From the NCBI GenBank assembly GCA_965198115.1, contig OZ240241.1, forward strand, positions 5,248,001 through 5,312,000: a DNA stretch of 64,000 bases. Direction: 5' to 3'. A model generated the notes under the pieces. It was not told the origin of the DNA and searched no databases. It worked only from the letters and a program-made list of their open reading frames with translations. Below, piece by piece: positions 18,439-27,754 of this stretch (position 1 is the first letter of the stretch; each line of letters starts with the position of its first letter). Source of the stretch: Candidatus Latescibacterota bacterium (GTDB lineage Bacteria; Latescibacterota; UBA2968). Made by a program: the position numbers and the translations under genes.

Positions 18439-19964
18439 ATGACCGACACCCCCGGCCTCGTCACCATCGACTACATCATCATCGCCTGCTACCTCGCGAT
18501 GACCATCGGCGTGGGCTGGTATCACGGGCGCCGACAGAAGAACACACGCGAGTACTTCATCGGCAACGGAAATATGAACACCGGTCTCATCGGTGTTTCG
18601 TTGTTCGCCACGCTCCTCAGCACCATCTCCTACCTCGCCCTGCCGGGTGAAACGATCGGCAAGGGTCCCTACATCCTCGCTTCGTCGATCGCCAAACCGA
18701 TCAGCTTCCTGATCGTCGGCTACATCCTCATCCCGGCCTATATGCGACAGCGCGTGACGAGCGCCTACGAACTGCTCGAGGAACGCCTCGGTCTGCGGAA
18801 CCGGCTCCTCGGCGCCGGGCTCTTCATCGGTCTCCGCCTCATCTGGATGACCCTCCTGATGTTTCTCGCCGCGCGAGCCCTCACGGTGATGATGGGGATC
18901 GACGAAAGCTGGATCCCCACGATCGTCCTCATCGCAGGACTCGTCGCAGTCGTCTACACATCGATGGGCGGTCTCACCACCGTCGTCACGACCGATTTCA
19001 TCCAGTTCCTCCTGCTGTTCGGCGGTGCATTGCTCGTCATCGCCCACGTCACCTGGCGTACCGGCGGATTCGGCTGGATTCCGACGGAGTGGGCCCCTCA
19101 CTGGGATACGCAACCCGTCTTCAGCCTGGACCCGTCCGTCAGGCTGACCCTGTTCGGCACGATTCTGTCATCAGGATGTTGGGGCGTCGCAACGGCGGGC
19201 GGTGACCAGACCGCCATCCAGCGATTTATGGCCACACGGGACGCAAAGAGCGCTCGGTTCGCCTACGGCGCCAACCTCATCGTATCCATCGCCGTCGTGA
19301 CCGTCCTGTCGATCGTCGGGTTCGCCCTGATGAGCTACTACCAGACCCACAGCCAGTTGCTCCCGTCCGGATGGGATCTTGCCTATCGAGCCGACGACAT
19401 CTTCCCCTACCACATTTCCTACCAGCTCCCTCCCGTGATCTCCGGTCTGGTCGTTGCGGCAATGTTCGCAGCCGCGATGTCCAGCGTGGATTCGGGTGTC
19501 AACTCGATCACTGCCGTCGTGATGACCGATCTCGTCGGTCGTTTGCGGGGGACGGCCCTGGCGGAAGGCACACGCCTGCGGCTGTCGAAAGGACTGGCGT
19601 TCGGCATCGGCGCGTTCGTTGTTATCGGGAGCAGCTTCATCGGCCTCGTGCCCGGCAACATCATCGCGATGACACAGAAGACGAGCAACCTGGTCGTCAC
19701 GCCACTCTTCTCACTCTTCGTCTTCGCGCTCTTTGTCCCGTTCGCCACCCCCTGGGGCGCCACGATCGGGGTCCTGTGCGGTGTCGTCAGCGCCACCCTC
19801 ATCGCCTTCTCGGGCCCGATCTTCGTTCCCACGTTAACCCGTCTCGCGATTACGATCCCGTCAGCTTCCAATGGATCGCACCGGTGGGGATGCTTGTCAG
19901 TATTGGCATGGGGTGTTTGGCGAGTTGGGTGAATGGTTTCTATACCACCGCTCATCCTGAGTAG
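18439..19964 (+). CDS. Sodium:solute symporter (SSS family), with a probable frameshift near 19830 moving the last helix to another frame
   Basis: EYFIG, SLFATLLSTISYLALPG, SAYELLEERLG, GGDQTAIQR, FAAAMSSVDSGVNS motifs. Tail DPVSFQWIAP lies in the frame ending at 19964. Confidence 0.9.
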
Positions 19965-20172
19965 GGGTATCGAGAATGACTCAAACACATCCTCTATAGA
20001 GTCTCCTGCGATCCCCGTATCGAAGGACGAGCGGTGACTTGGGCAATCGTCACCGCCCATCCTTCGATATGCGAATCTGTAGGGCGAGCTACTGTGACGA
20101 CCCAACGAGATCTACGATGTCGCTACTCAGGATGAGCGGTGGGCATTCCTTCTCTCAGAAAGCGTGAGCCGA

Positions 20173-20886
20173 ATGTCATCAATAACTGTCCTCTTCAAAG
20201 GCGGCCGACTCCCCTCCTGGCACGCGCTCTCTCGCGAGGAGCAGAAGGCGGCCGAGCAGGAGCACGTCGATCTGATGTTGGGTGTCGCTCACGACCATCG
20301 TATGATGCTTCTTGAGGGATTCCGATTGCTGAGCCCGCAGGATGTCTTCCAGCGTTTCTGGGTCATCGGATTTCCGACGCTCGAAGGCGCGGAGACCTGG
20401 ATCACAGCGGAGATGGCGCCGCCCTACGGACGCTACGGGTATTACGATTACGATCTGGCGCGTCCCATCAATCCGCCTTACTGCGGCGATTGGGTCGCGA
20501 CACCGCCGCCTCCCGTCGAACCACTGAGCGCCGAACCACACGCCGTTCCATCACTCGCCGTGGACGAATCGAGTGTGGTCGTCTTGAACTTCGAGCGCAA
20601 CGACCCCGGTATCGACCTCGAGGCATCCGCAAGCGATCCGTATGTCGACGCAATGAAATCCGTTGCGCGCGATCACGGCCTGATCCGTCTCGAGTGTTTC
20701 GCACTGATGGCGCCCAAAACCGATTGTCACCGCGTCTGGCTCGCCGAGTTTCCGACGGTCGAAGGCGCTGAAGCGTGGGTACAAGCAGAAATTTCACCCA
20801 CCCACGGACGCAGAGCCGAGCGCGCATTTCACCTCGCACGCAAATGGGCGCCACAGTACTTTGCCTCTTGGATCCCGAAAACCTAA
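20173..20886 (+). CDS. Hypothetical protein with two internally duplicated alpha/beta domains
   Basis: RFWVIGFPTLEGAETWITAEMAPPYGR repeats as RVWLAEFPTVEGAEAWVQAEISPTHGR. Confidence 0.75.
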   Translation: MSSITVLFKGGRLPSWHALSREEQKAAEQEHVDLMLGVAHDHRMMLLEGFRLLSPQDVFQRFWVIGFPTLEGAETWITAEMAPPYGRYGYYDYDLARPINPPYCGDWVATPPPPVEPLSAEPHAVPSLAVDESSVVVLNFERNDPGIDLEASASDPYVDAMKSVARDHGLIRLECFALMAPKTDCHRVWLAEFPTVEGAEAWVQAEISPTHGRRAERAFHLARKWAPQYFASWIPKT

Positions 20887-21082
20887 ATGCGCCAGTGAGT
20901 ACACTGAGCACACAGAGCCTTTGGACGGTAGGCGGAGACAACGAGAAGAGGTCAGCAGGAGCCCCAAGTCAACATCTCTGAGACAGCGAAAATCACGCCT
21001 GCTCTCCTGCCCTCCGCAGGAGGGCTTCGCCTCCTCATAACTTTACGAGTGCCCTGGAGTCCTTGAACTAAAGGAGTCAGCA

Positions 21083-22192
21083 ATGAAAATCACAGGTCTG
21101 GAGCTAGTTCCTGTCTTCTCGACCCGCGAGATGGGTAAAACGTGTCCGTCCGATTCGGACAAAGCCGTTTCCGAGCACGTCATCGTCTTCCTGCAAACAG
21201 ACGCGGGGATCACGGGACTGGGCGAAATGTCCGACATCAACTTCGACCCCACACCCGATCTGTTGAAGGAGCTCCACAGCCGATTGGAAGCCGTGCTCGT
21301 CGGGAAAAGCCCCTTCGATCTGACGGCGATCCAGGTCGAACTCTACGAGCAGACGTGGGAACATCAGGTCACGTGCGGAATCGACATCGCCCTCCACGAC
21401 GCCGTGGCGAAGGCGCTGGACATTCCGATGTATCAGCTCTTCGGTGGGAAGTATCGCGATCGGATCCCCTTCGCCTATCCCCTCGCACCCAGTGCATCCG
21501 ACGCCGATGTCGAATCCAACCTCGGACGCATCGAGCGATTGCAGGATCAAGGCCACCCCACGATCCGCTATTACTTCGGACGTGACCTCGACAGCGACGA
21601 GCGATTCTTGACTCAGCTTCGCGAGCGATGGGGCGACGCCGTCGAGATTAACGCCCTCGACGCGAGCGGACGATTCGATCCTGACGAGGCGATCGACATC
21701 ATCAATCGATTCGCCCAGTTCAAACCGAACCTTGTCGAGTCCCCCATCAAGGGTCGTCACAACGCCCCAATCGAAGACTTCGTCAGGGTCAGAGAAGCGA
21801 TCGACCTCCCCATCAGCGAACACGTCGCGGAAGACGAAGTCGCAGCCAGACTCGCCCGAGGTGGCGCCGTCGACATCTTCAACACCGGTCCCGGTTACAT
21901 CGGTCTGACATCGTGCCGCAAAGTCTTCGGACTCGCCGAAATCTTCGGAATCCAGGCTTTGCTCGGCAGCACCGTCGAGCTCTCCATCGGCACCGCCGCC
22001 CGCGTCCACCTCGTCGCCGCCACCCCCAACGTCGACTACCCGTGCTATCCCTCCGGACCGCTCGTCTACCAGGAACAGATCTGCCACGAGCGCGTGAAGT
22101 ACGAGGAAGGCCACATCATCGTCCCCGACGGTCCTGGCCTCGGCGTAGAAATCGATGAGGAACGCCTGAAGGCACAGACGCTCTACAGCTGA
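21083..22192 (+). CDS. Enolase-superfamily (MR/MLE) enzyme, paralog of 4583-5677
   Basis: TDAGITGLGEMSD, R-x-Y in IRYY, ISEH, GSTVELSIG, PDGPGLG motifs. AAGGAG RBS. Confidence 0.88.
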   Translation: MKITGLELVPVFSTREMGKTCPSDSDKAVSEHVIVFLQTDAGITGLGEMSDINFDPTPDLLKELHSRLEAVLVGKSPFDLTAIQVELYEQTWEHQVTCGIDIALHDAVAKALDIPMYQLFGGKYRDRIPFAYPLAPSASDADVESNLGRIERLQDQGHPTIRYYFGRDLDSDERFLTQLRERWGDAVEINALDASGRFDPDEAIDIINRFAQFKPNLVESPIKGRHNAPIEDFVRVREAIDLPISEHVAEDEVAARLARGGAVDIFNTGPGYIGLTSCRKVFGLAEIFGIQALLGSTVELSIGTAARVHLVAATPNVDYPCYPSGPLVYQEQICHERVKYEEGHIIVPDGPGLGVEIDEERLKAQTLYS

Positions 22193-22300
22193 TTTCAACG
22201 CAAAGGACGCAGAGAGTAGGAACGCAGAACGCGGAAGAGACAGCCAAAACCCCAACAGAGATGCAGGAGCGGTAGATCAGGTATTTCGAGCGAAGGCAAT

Positions 22301-22416
22301 GTCATCCCGGCAGGCTTCAGGCCGGGATCCATCTTGATCTTCACCAGATCTAGCGCCTTCTGTTCATAGCTACAATGACGAAAATGGACCCCGGCCAAGA
22401 GGCGTACCGGGGTGAC
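22301..22416. repeat. Family B paired palindromic element (GTCATCCCGG...CCGGGGTGAC)
   Basis: GTCATCCCGGCAGGCTTCAGGCCGGGATCC - variable spacer - ATGGACCCCGGCCAAG..GCGTACCGGGGTGAC. Confidence 0.85.
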
Positions 22417-22451
22417 AATGTTCTGCTCGCTGACAACTGACAATCGGTTTC

Positions 22452-23282
22452 ATGATCATTGACGGCCACACCCACGTCTTCCTCCAGGACACCGATCGTT
22501 ACCCCCTCGGTGATCCCGACTCGTCTTACCGTCCCGCAACGGATGGCTCTGCCACAAAACTCAAGTCCGAAATGGACGCCGCGGGCGTTGATCGCGCACT
22601 GACAATCACTGCCGGCTTCTACGGATGGGACAACAGTTCCACGCTCGACGAGCTCGATGGTAACGAATCCTGGCTCGCAGGCGGTTGCCTTGTCGACCCC
22701 GCCAGTCCCGACGGCCCCGACACACTGGCCGGTCTCGTCGACAAGGGCATCTCCGGCATCCGCATCCAGCGCCACCTCTTCTATCAAAGGGCCCTGGATG
22801 ATCCCATCAGCACACCCCTCTGGGCAAAAGCGGCCGACTTCGACCTCACCGTAGACATCAACGCCACACACGAAGAATACGGCGCCGTCGAAAACCGCCT
22901 CCGCGAATTTCCCGACACCCGCTTCATCCTCGATCACTGCGGATATGTGTCCGGCGACCTCGCGCCTGAGGAAAACACCGTCGCCCCCGTCATCGAACTT
23001 GCGCGCTACCCGAACACTTACGCGAAGCTCACTTTCCTCCCCACGGCCTCCCAGGAGGACTTCCCCTTCCCCGACGTCCACTGGATGGTACGTGAACTCG
23101 TCGACGCCTTCGGCCCGGAGCGATGTCTATTCGGCACGAACTTTCCCCAGGCCCAATACAGCCCGCACGTATCCTACGCCCAGATCGTCGAACTCTTCGC
23201 CGAATCCATCGACTTGAGCCCAACTGAGCGCGAGTGGATATTGGGAGGAACGGCAAAAGAGTTGTGGCAGTGGGCTGAGTGA
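22452..23282 (+). CDS. Amidohydrolase family protein (Amidohydro_2)
   Basis: IDGHTH, ILDHCG, FGPERCLFGTNFP, and ILGGTA motifs. Confidence 0.9.
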   Translation: MIIDGHTHVFLQDTDRYPLGDPDSSYRPATDGSATKLKSEMDAAGVDRALTITAGFYGWDNSSTLDELDGNESWLAGGCLVDPASPDGPDTLAGLVDKGISGIRIQRHLFYQRALDDPISTPLWAKAADFDLTVDINATHEEYGAVENRLREFPDTRFILDHCGYVSGDLAPEENTVAPVIELARYPNTYAKLTFLPTASQEDFPFPDVHWMVRELVDAFGPERCLFGTNFPQAQYSPHVSYAQIVELFAESIDLSPTEREWILGGTAKELWQWAE

Positions 23283-23420
23283 ACACGGTCCGTGCGGATG
23301 CGGCGATCTGTTGGAAGTACCGAAACGACAATGGACGGTCACCCTGAGCGCAGTCGAAGGACGACCGCCCGGCGTAGCACGGAGAGGACGTGGCAATACT
23401 TTCCGCGAGCGAAGCTGAAT

Positions 23421-23528
23421 GTCATCCCGGCAAGTTTCAGGCCGGGATCCTATCCTCGCGAATGCCGTCGCCCGAGGAGCGTGCAAAGTGAAAAAATGGA
23501 CCCCGGCCAAGCAGCGTACCGGGGTGAC
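23421..23528. repeat. Family B paired palindromic element
   Basis: Arms nearly identical to 22301-22416, with a different spacer. Confidence 0.85.
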
Positions 23529-23563
23529 AATAATTTCGGTAGATTCCTATAAGCGCATTGCAT

Positions 23564-23614
23564 CAGCCCGCTTCAGCGGGCTTCGCTTCCTTAGCGTGGG
23601 GCTTCAGCCCCACG
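23564..23614. repeat. Family D double-hairpin repeat, copy 1
   Basis: CAGCCCGCTTCAGCGGGCTT...TTAGCGTGGGGCTTCAGCCCCACG, nearly identical to 50195-50245. Confidence 0.8.
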
Positions 23615-23663
23615 TGCTCTCCAAACGCAATCATTGTTTCACCCTAAAACGGGAGCAACACCA

Positions 23664-24533
23664 ATGTTCACATCCGTAGACGTCGCCGCCATCTCCTTCA
23701 CCCCCGAAAAGTTCAACCTCGAAGCCAACTGTGATCGCCTCGAAGACACCTTCCGCAAGGCGGCGAAGGGCGGGGCTCAACTCGCCGTCGCGCCCGAAGG
23801 CGTGCTCGAAGGCTACGTTGTCACCGAGATCATCACCGGCGACGCGCCCGCCGCCCAAATGAACGAGGTCGCCGTCACGATGAAGGGTCCCGAAATTGGA
23901 CGATTCCGTGCCGTTGCGCGTGAACTGAAAATGTGCCTCGCCCTCGGCTGTGCCGAAAAAATCGGTCGCAACGTCTACAACTGTGCCGTCTTCATCGACG
24001 CGACCGGTCGCATCTGTGGCAAGTATCACAAGATGCAATTGGCCGAGGGCAGTCACGCCACCTGGTGGTACAACCGTCTCGGCAAGAACAGCCGCGCCAT
24101 CAACACCCCCTTCGGCCGCGCCGGCTTCCTCATCTGCAACGACCGTTGGAATGAAGATATCGCTCGCATCCCCGTCCTCGACGGCGCCCGCTACCTGATG
24201 ATCCCCTCCTTCGGCTCGCGATCGAAGAGCCAGGACAAAGCCGTCCTCGCCCGCGCCAGAGAAAACGGTGTCCCCATCGTCGAAGCCAACGTCGGCGTCA
24301 CCCTCATCATCAGCCGAGGCGAAGTCGTCGCCCTCTCTCGCAAAGAAAACCAGATCCTCTTCGGCACCATCGGCATCCCCGCCGCCCCATCCATCGCCAA
24401 TCGCGACCGCCACGAGCGCAGCTTCCTCCGCTGGCGGAAAACCGAAATGCCCATCCGCTACGCGCAGCGGATGAAACACAAAGGCAAGCGGAAAGCCGTC
24501 CGCCACAACTCCAAGGGCCGGCTCGTAGGTTAA
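23664..24533 (+). CDS. Carbon-nitrogen hydrolase (nitrilase superfamily)
   Basis: E-K-C triad in APEG, YHKMQL and LICND. GGAG RBS before ATG 23664. Confidence 0.9.
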   Translation: MFTSVDVAAISFTPEKFNLEANCDRLEDTFRKAAKGGAQLAVAPEGVLEGYVVTEIITGDAPAAQMNEVAVTMKGPEIGRFRAVARELKMCLALGCAEKIGRNVYNCAVFIDATGRICGKYHKMQLAEGSHATWWYNRLGKNSRAINTPFGRAGFLICNDRWNEDIARIPVLDGARYLMIPSFGSRSKSQDKAVLARARENGVPIVEANVGVTLIISRGEVVALSRKENQILFGTIGIPAAPSIANRDRHERSFLRWRKTEMPIRYAQRMKHKGKRKAVRHNSKGRLVG

Positions 24534-24903
24534 AAACCTACCACGGAGAGCACGGAGAACACGGAGACTATGGTAGAACCCCGGTAACCCCAGCCCCTAT
24601 CGGGTAGAAAGCGCGGAGGAGCTTCGAAGCTTGCTGAAACACGCTACGCGGGCTCCTAAAAGTGGCCCCGAGGCCACTATGTTCCATTTCGAAACTTTTC
24701 GCTCAGCCCTGGTCCGAGTGCTCTCTATCTGAGCTCCGGAGTCCACCCAAATTAGTCCCCGAATAGGGCTGCTGCTAGTTTCGTAGCTCCTCCCCCCTCC
24801 GTGATCTCCGCGTCCTCCGTGGTAAGCTTTTGGTTTGGTTTTCGTTCGTGTATTTCGTGTATTTCGTAGTCATCTTCTGTTTTACGTGTGAGGAGATTAC
24901 CCC

Positions 24904-25986
24904 GTGGGCTTCGATTTCATCTTTATGATGACCGAAAACGATCGGACGATCCCCAACGCCCGCGATCGTCTGGGCGAAGTGCTCGATGGCGGGTGCCGCC
25001 ACATCGGTTTCAAGGATGTGGGCCTTCCGGTCGACGAACTCCAGGGGCTGGCCGACGACATCCGCGCCTCCGGAGCGCGCAGCTACATCGAAGTGGTCAG
25101 CCTCGACGAAGAAAGCGAGCTCGCCTCCGCCCGATCGGCCGTCGAGCTCAACGTCGACTGCCTCCTCGGGGGCACGCGAGCCGAAAACGTCATCCCCCTA
25201 CTCACATCGTCACCCATCCTCTACTACCCCTTTCCCGGACGCATCACGGGTCATCCCAGCGTGCTCGAAGGCACGGTCGACGAAATCTCCGAATCCGCGC
25301 GCACCCTCACCGAAACACCCGGTGTCCACGGGCTCGACCTCCTCGCCTACCGGTTCGACGGCGACGTTCCCGATTTGATGCGTTCCGTCTGCGGAGCATC
25401 ACGAGGACCCGTCGTAATGGCCGGCAGCATCGATCGCGAAGAACGCGTCAACGCCATCGCCGAAGCCGGCGCAGCGGGATTCACCGTCGGAACCGCCGCC
25501 TTCTCCGACAAATTCCCAGCCGACACGCCCGGCGTCACCGATCAGGTACGATCGATCCTCACGATGGCCGAGCACGCCCGGATGGCGCATCCCGGCAAAC
25601 AACACATCGCCCTCGTCGCCCACGACGGTCGGAAATCTCAGCTCACCGCGTGGGTCGGCCGTCACCTCAACAAACTCATCGGTCACAAGCTCTTCTGCAC
25701 CTGGGGCACCGGCACCCTGCTGAAAGAACAATTCCCCGAGCTCGACATCGAACGCGTGCAGTCCGGCGCGCGCGGGGGTGACCAGCAGATCGCCGCCCGC
25801 ATCGCCGACCACACGATCGACATCGTCATCTTCTTCTCCGACCCGATGACCGAAAAGATTCACGACGCCGACTTCATCGCCCTCACCCGTCTCGCCGTCG
25901 TCCACGACACCCCCATCGCCTGCAGCCCAGCCGCCGCCGATCTTTTCGTATCCGCACGCCTCGTCACCACCCGTGCCCAAACGTAA
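24904..25986 (+). CDS. Fusion of an uncharacterised phosphate-binding TIM-barrel domain and a C-terminal methylglyoxal synthase (MgsA) domain
   Basis: N-terminal HIGFKDVG, EVVS, LLGGT, GLDLLAYR, AGSI and GFTVG. C-terminal IALVAHDGRK, TWGTG, SG..GGDQQI, IFFSDP and HDAD. Confidence 0.8.
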   Translation: MGFDFIFMMTENDRTIPNARDRLGEVLDGGCRHIGFKDVGLPVDELQGLADDIRASGARSYIEVVSLDEESELASARSAVELNVDCLLGGTRAENVIPLLTSSPILYYPFPGRITGHPSVLEGTVDEISESARTLTETPGVHGLDLLAYRFDGDVPDLMRSVCGASRGPVVMAGSIDREERVNAIAEAGAAGFTVGTAAFSDKFPADTPGVTDQVRSILTMAEHARMAHPGKQHIALVAHDGRKSQLTAWVGRHLNKLIGHKLFCTWGTGTLLKEQFPELDIERVQSGARGGDQQIAARIADHTIDIVIFFSDPMTEKIHDADFIALTRLAVVHDTPIACSPAAADLFVSARLVTTRAQT

Positions 25987-26066
25987 ACCGCCCGCCTCGC
26001 CGTAGCGCTCGCGCGTAGGCGTGACTTCTACCTCTTCAGTGCGGCGGAGCCACATCAGGAGACCCA

Positions 26067-27467
26067 ATGGCAGAACCTCAGACCGATTCCAACGACGAAG
26101 AACTCGAAGACCTATACGCCCTCAACCCGGAGGCCGTTCAGGAACCACCGACCGACTTCATCGGGAGAGTCAAATTCCTTGGTCCCGGGCTCGTTCTCGT
26201 GGGATCCGTCGTCGGATCCGGTGAGATTATCCTCACCACAACGTTGGGATCGCTCGTCGGATTCTCGATGCTGTGGTTCGTCCTACTCAGCTGCTGGAGC
26301 AAAAACATCGTCCAGGCCGAACTGGGCCGGTTCGTGGTTGGTTCCGGCGAGCCGCTGCTGAACGCGTTCAACCGCCTGCCGGGAAAGCTGCCCGCTTTCA
26401 ACGGCAAGAAGGTCTCCTGGTACATCTACTTCTGGCTGATCTGGATCATTCCCGACATCCTTACAAGCGGCGGCATTTACGGCGGCGCCGGACAGGCAGT
26501 GAGCATGGCATTTCCCGTCCTCGGCTCCCAATGGTGGACCGTCATCCTGGCTGGCGTTGCCTGCGTCATCATCCTCTCGGGCACATACCCGTTCCTCGAA
26601 AAGTTCATGACGGTCCTGGTCGTCACGTTCACGTTCATCACCGTCCTTTGCGCCATCCTGCTGCAAATGACGGACTACGCGATCACGTGGGACGAGGTAA
26701 TGGGCGGACTGACTTTCAGCTTCCCGTCGATGGCCATCCTCGCCGCGCTCGCGATGTACGGCGGGACGGGCGTCGGCACATCCGAACAGATGGCCTATAC
26801 CTACTGGTGCGTCGAAAAGGGATACGCCCGCTTTTCTGGAGCGGCCGATGACTCGGAGGATTGGGTCCGTCGGGCAAAGGGCTGGATCGCGGTGATGCAG
26901 ACCGACGTCAAGCTCACGCTGCTCCTGCTCACCTGCGCGACCATCCCGTTCTATATGCTGGGGGCGGGTGTCCTATACAGACTTAATGCCCGGCCGAACG
27001 GTCTGGAGACGATCTCCGTCCTGTCCAACATGTACACAGAGACCCTCGGTGAATGGGCCTTCTGGCTGTTCCTCGTCGGCGCCTTCTTCGTCCTCTTCTC
27101 CACCTCCGTCTCCGGTCTCGGCGCAGCTTCTCGCGTGTTTGGCGACGGGATGGCCGTCATGGGCGTCACCGAGCGCAACGACTACCGCACGCGTCTCAAG
27201 CTTCTGCGCTACTGGGCCGTCATCGTCCCTGCCATCACGGCTGCGGTTTACTTCTACTTCCAGAATCCCGTCTGGCTGCTCACCGTCGGCCAGGTCCTCA
27301 AAGCCATCAAATTCCCCCTCATCGCCGGCGCCACGATCTACCTCAGGTATTACCACCTGGACAAACGAATCGCCCCCACCTGGAAAGCCGACACGCTCCT
27401 CTGGGTCTGCTCCGCCACGATGGTCGGCCTGGCCGCATACATTATGTATGTCAAGTTTTTGAGCTAA
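26067..27467 (+). CDS. Nramp-superfamily (YcsG-like) membrane transporter
   Basis: GPGLVLVGSVVGSGE, about 11 hydrophobic segments, and YTYWCVEKGY. No DPGN motif. Confidence 0.8.
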   Translation: MAEPQTDSNDEELEDLYALNPEAVQEPPTDFIGRVKFLGPGLVLVGSVVGSGEIILTTTLGSLVGFSMLWFVLLSCWSKNIVQAELGRFVVGSGEPLLNAFNRLPGKLPAFNGKKVSWYIYFWLIWIIPDILTSGGIYGGAGQAVSMAFPVLGSQWWTVILAGVACVIILSGTYPFLEKFMTVLVVTFTFITVLCAILLQMTDYAITWDEVMGGLTFSFPSMAILAALAMYGGTGVGTSEQMAYTYWCVEKGYARFSGAADDSEDWVRRAKGWIAVMQTDVKLTLLLLTCATIPFYMLGAGVLYRLNARPNGLETISVLSNMYTETLGEWAFWLFLVGAFFVLFSTSVSGLGAASRVFGDGMAVMGVTERNDYRTRLKLLRYWAVIVPAITAAVYFYFQNPVWLLTVGQVLKAIKFPLIAGATIYLRYYHLDKRIAPTWKADTLLWVCSATMVGLAAYIMYVKFLS

Positions 27468-27754
27468 CTCGTGAACGCAGTGCCGGAAGGTTTCGCCCGC
27501 CATAGCGTAGACGCAGGTCTTAGCCTGCGCGCCAACCGTAGGTCTTTGGCCTGCGAACAATGGCCGGGTGCCATCCCTGCAACAAAGAGCCCCCGCCCTC
27601 TCTTTATGGACGGGGTTTTCAGTTTTAGTAAACGCCAAGATCAGCCACGCTTGCAGGAGTGTTCTCGCTTTCCCTATCTTCGTTGCAATGCGCAGCCCCA
27701 ATCGGCATCGCTACGCCGATGCCACAATCAATTCCATAACTTCCCAATTTCCTA

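Noticed and set aside
26067-27467. Calling this gene mntH
   Set aside because: It lacks the DPGN and MPH metal-binding motifs of true Nramp/MntH transporters.
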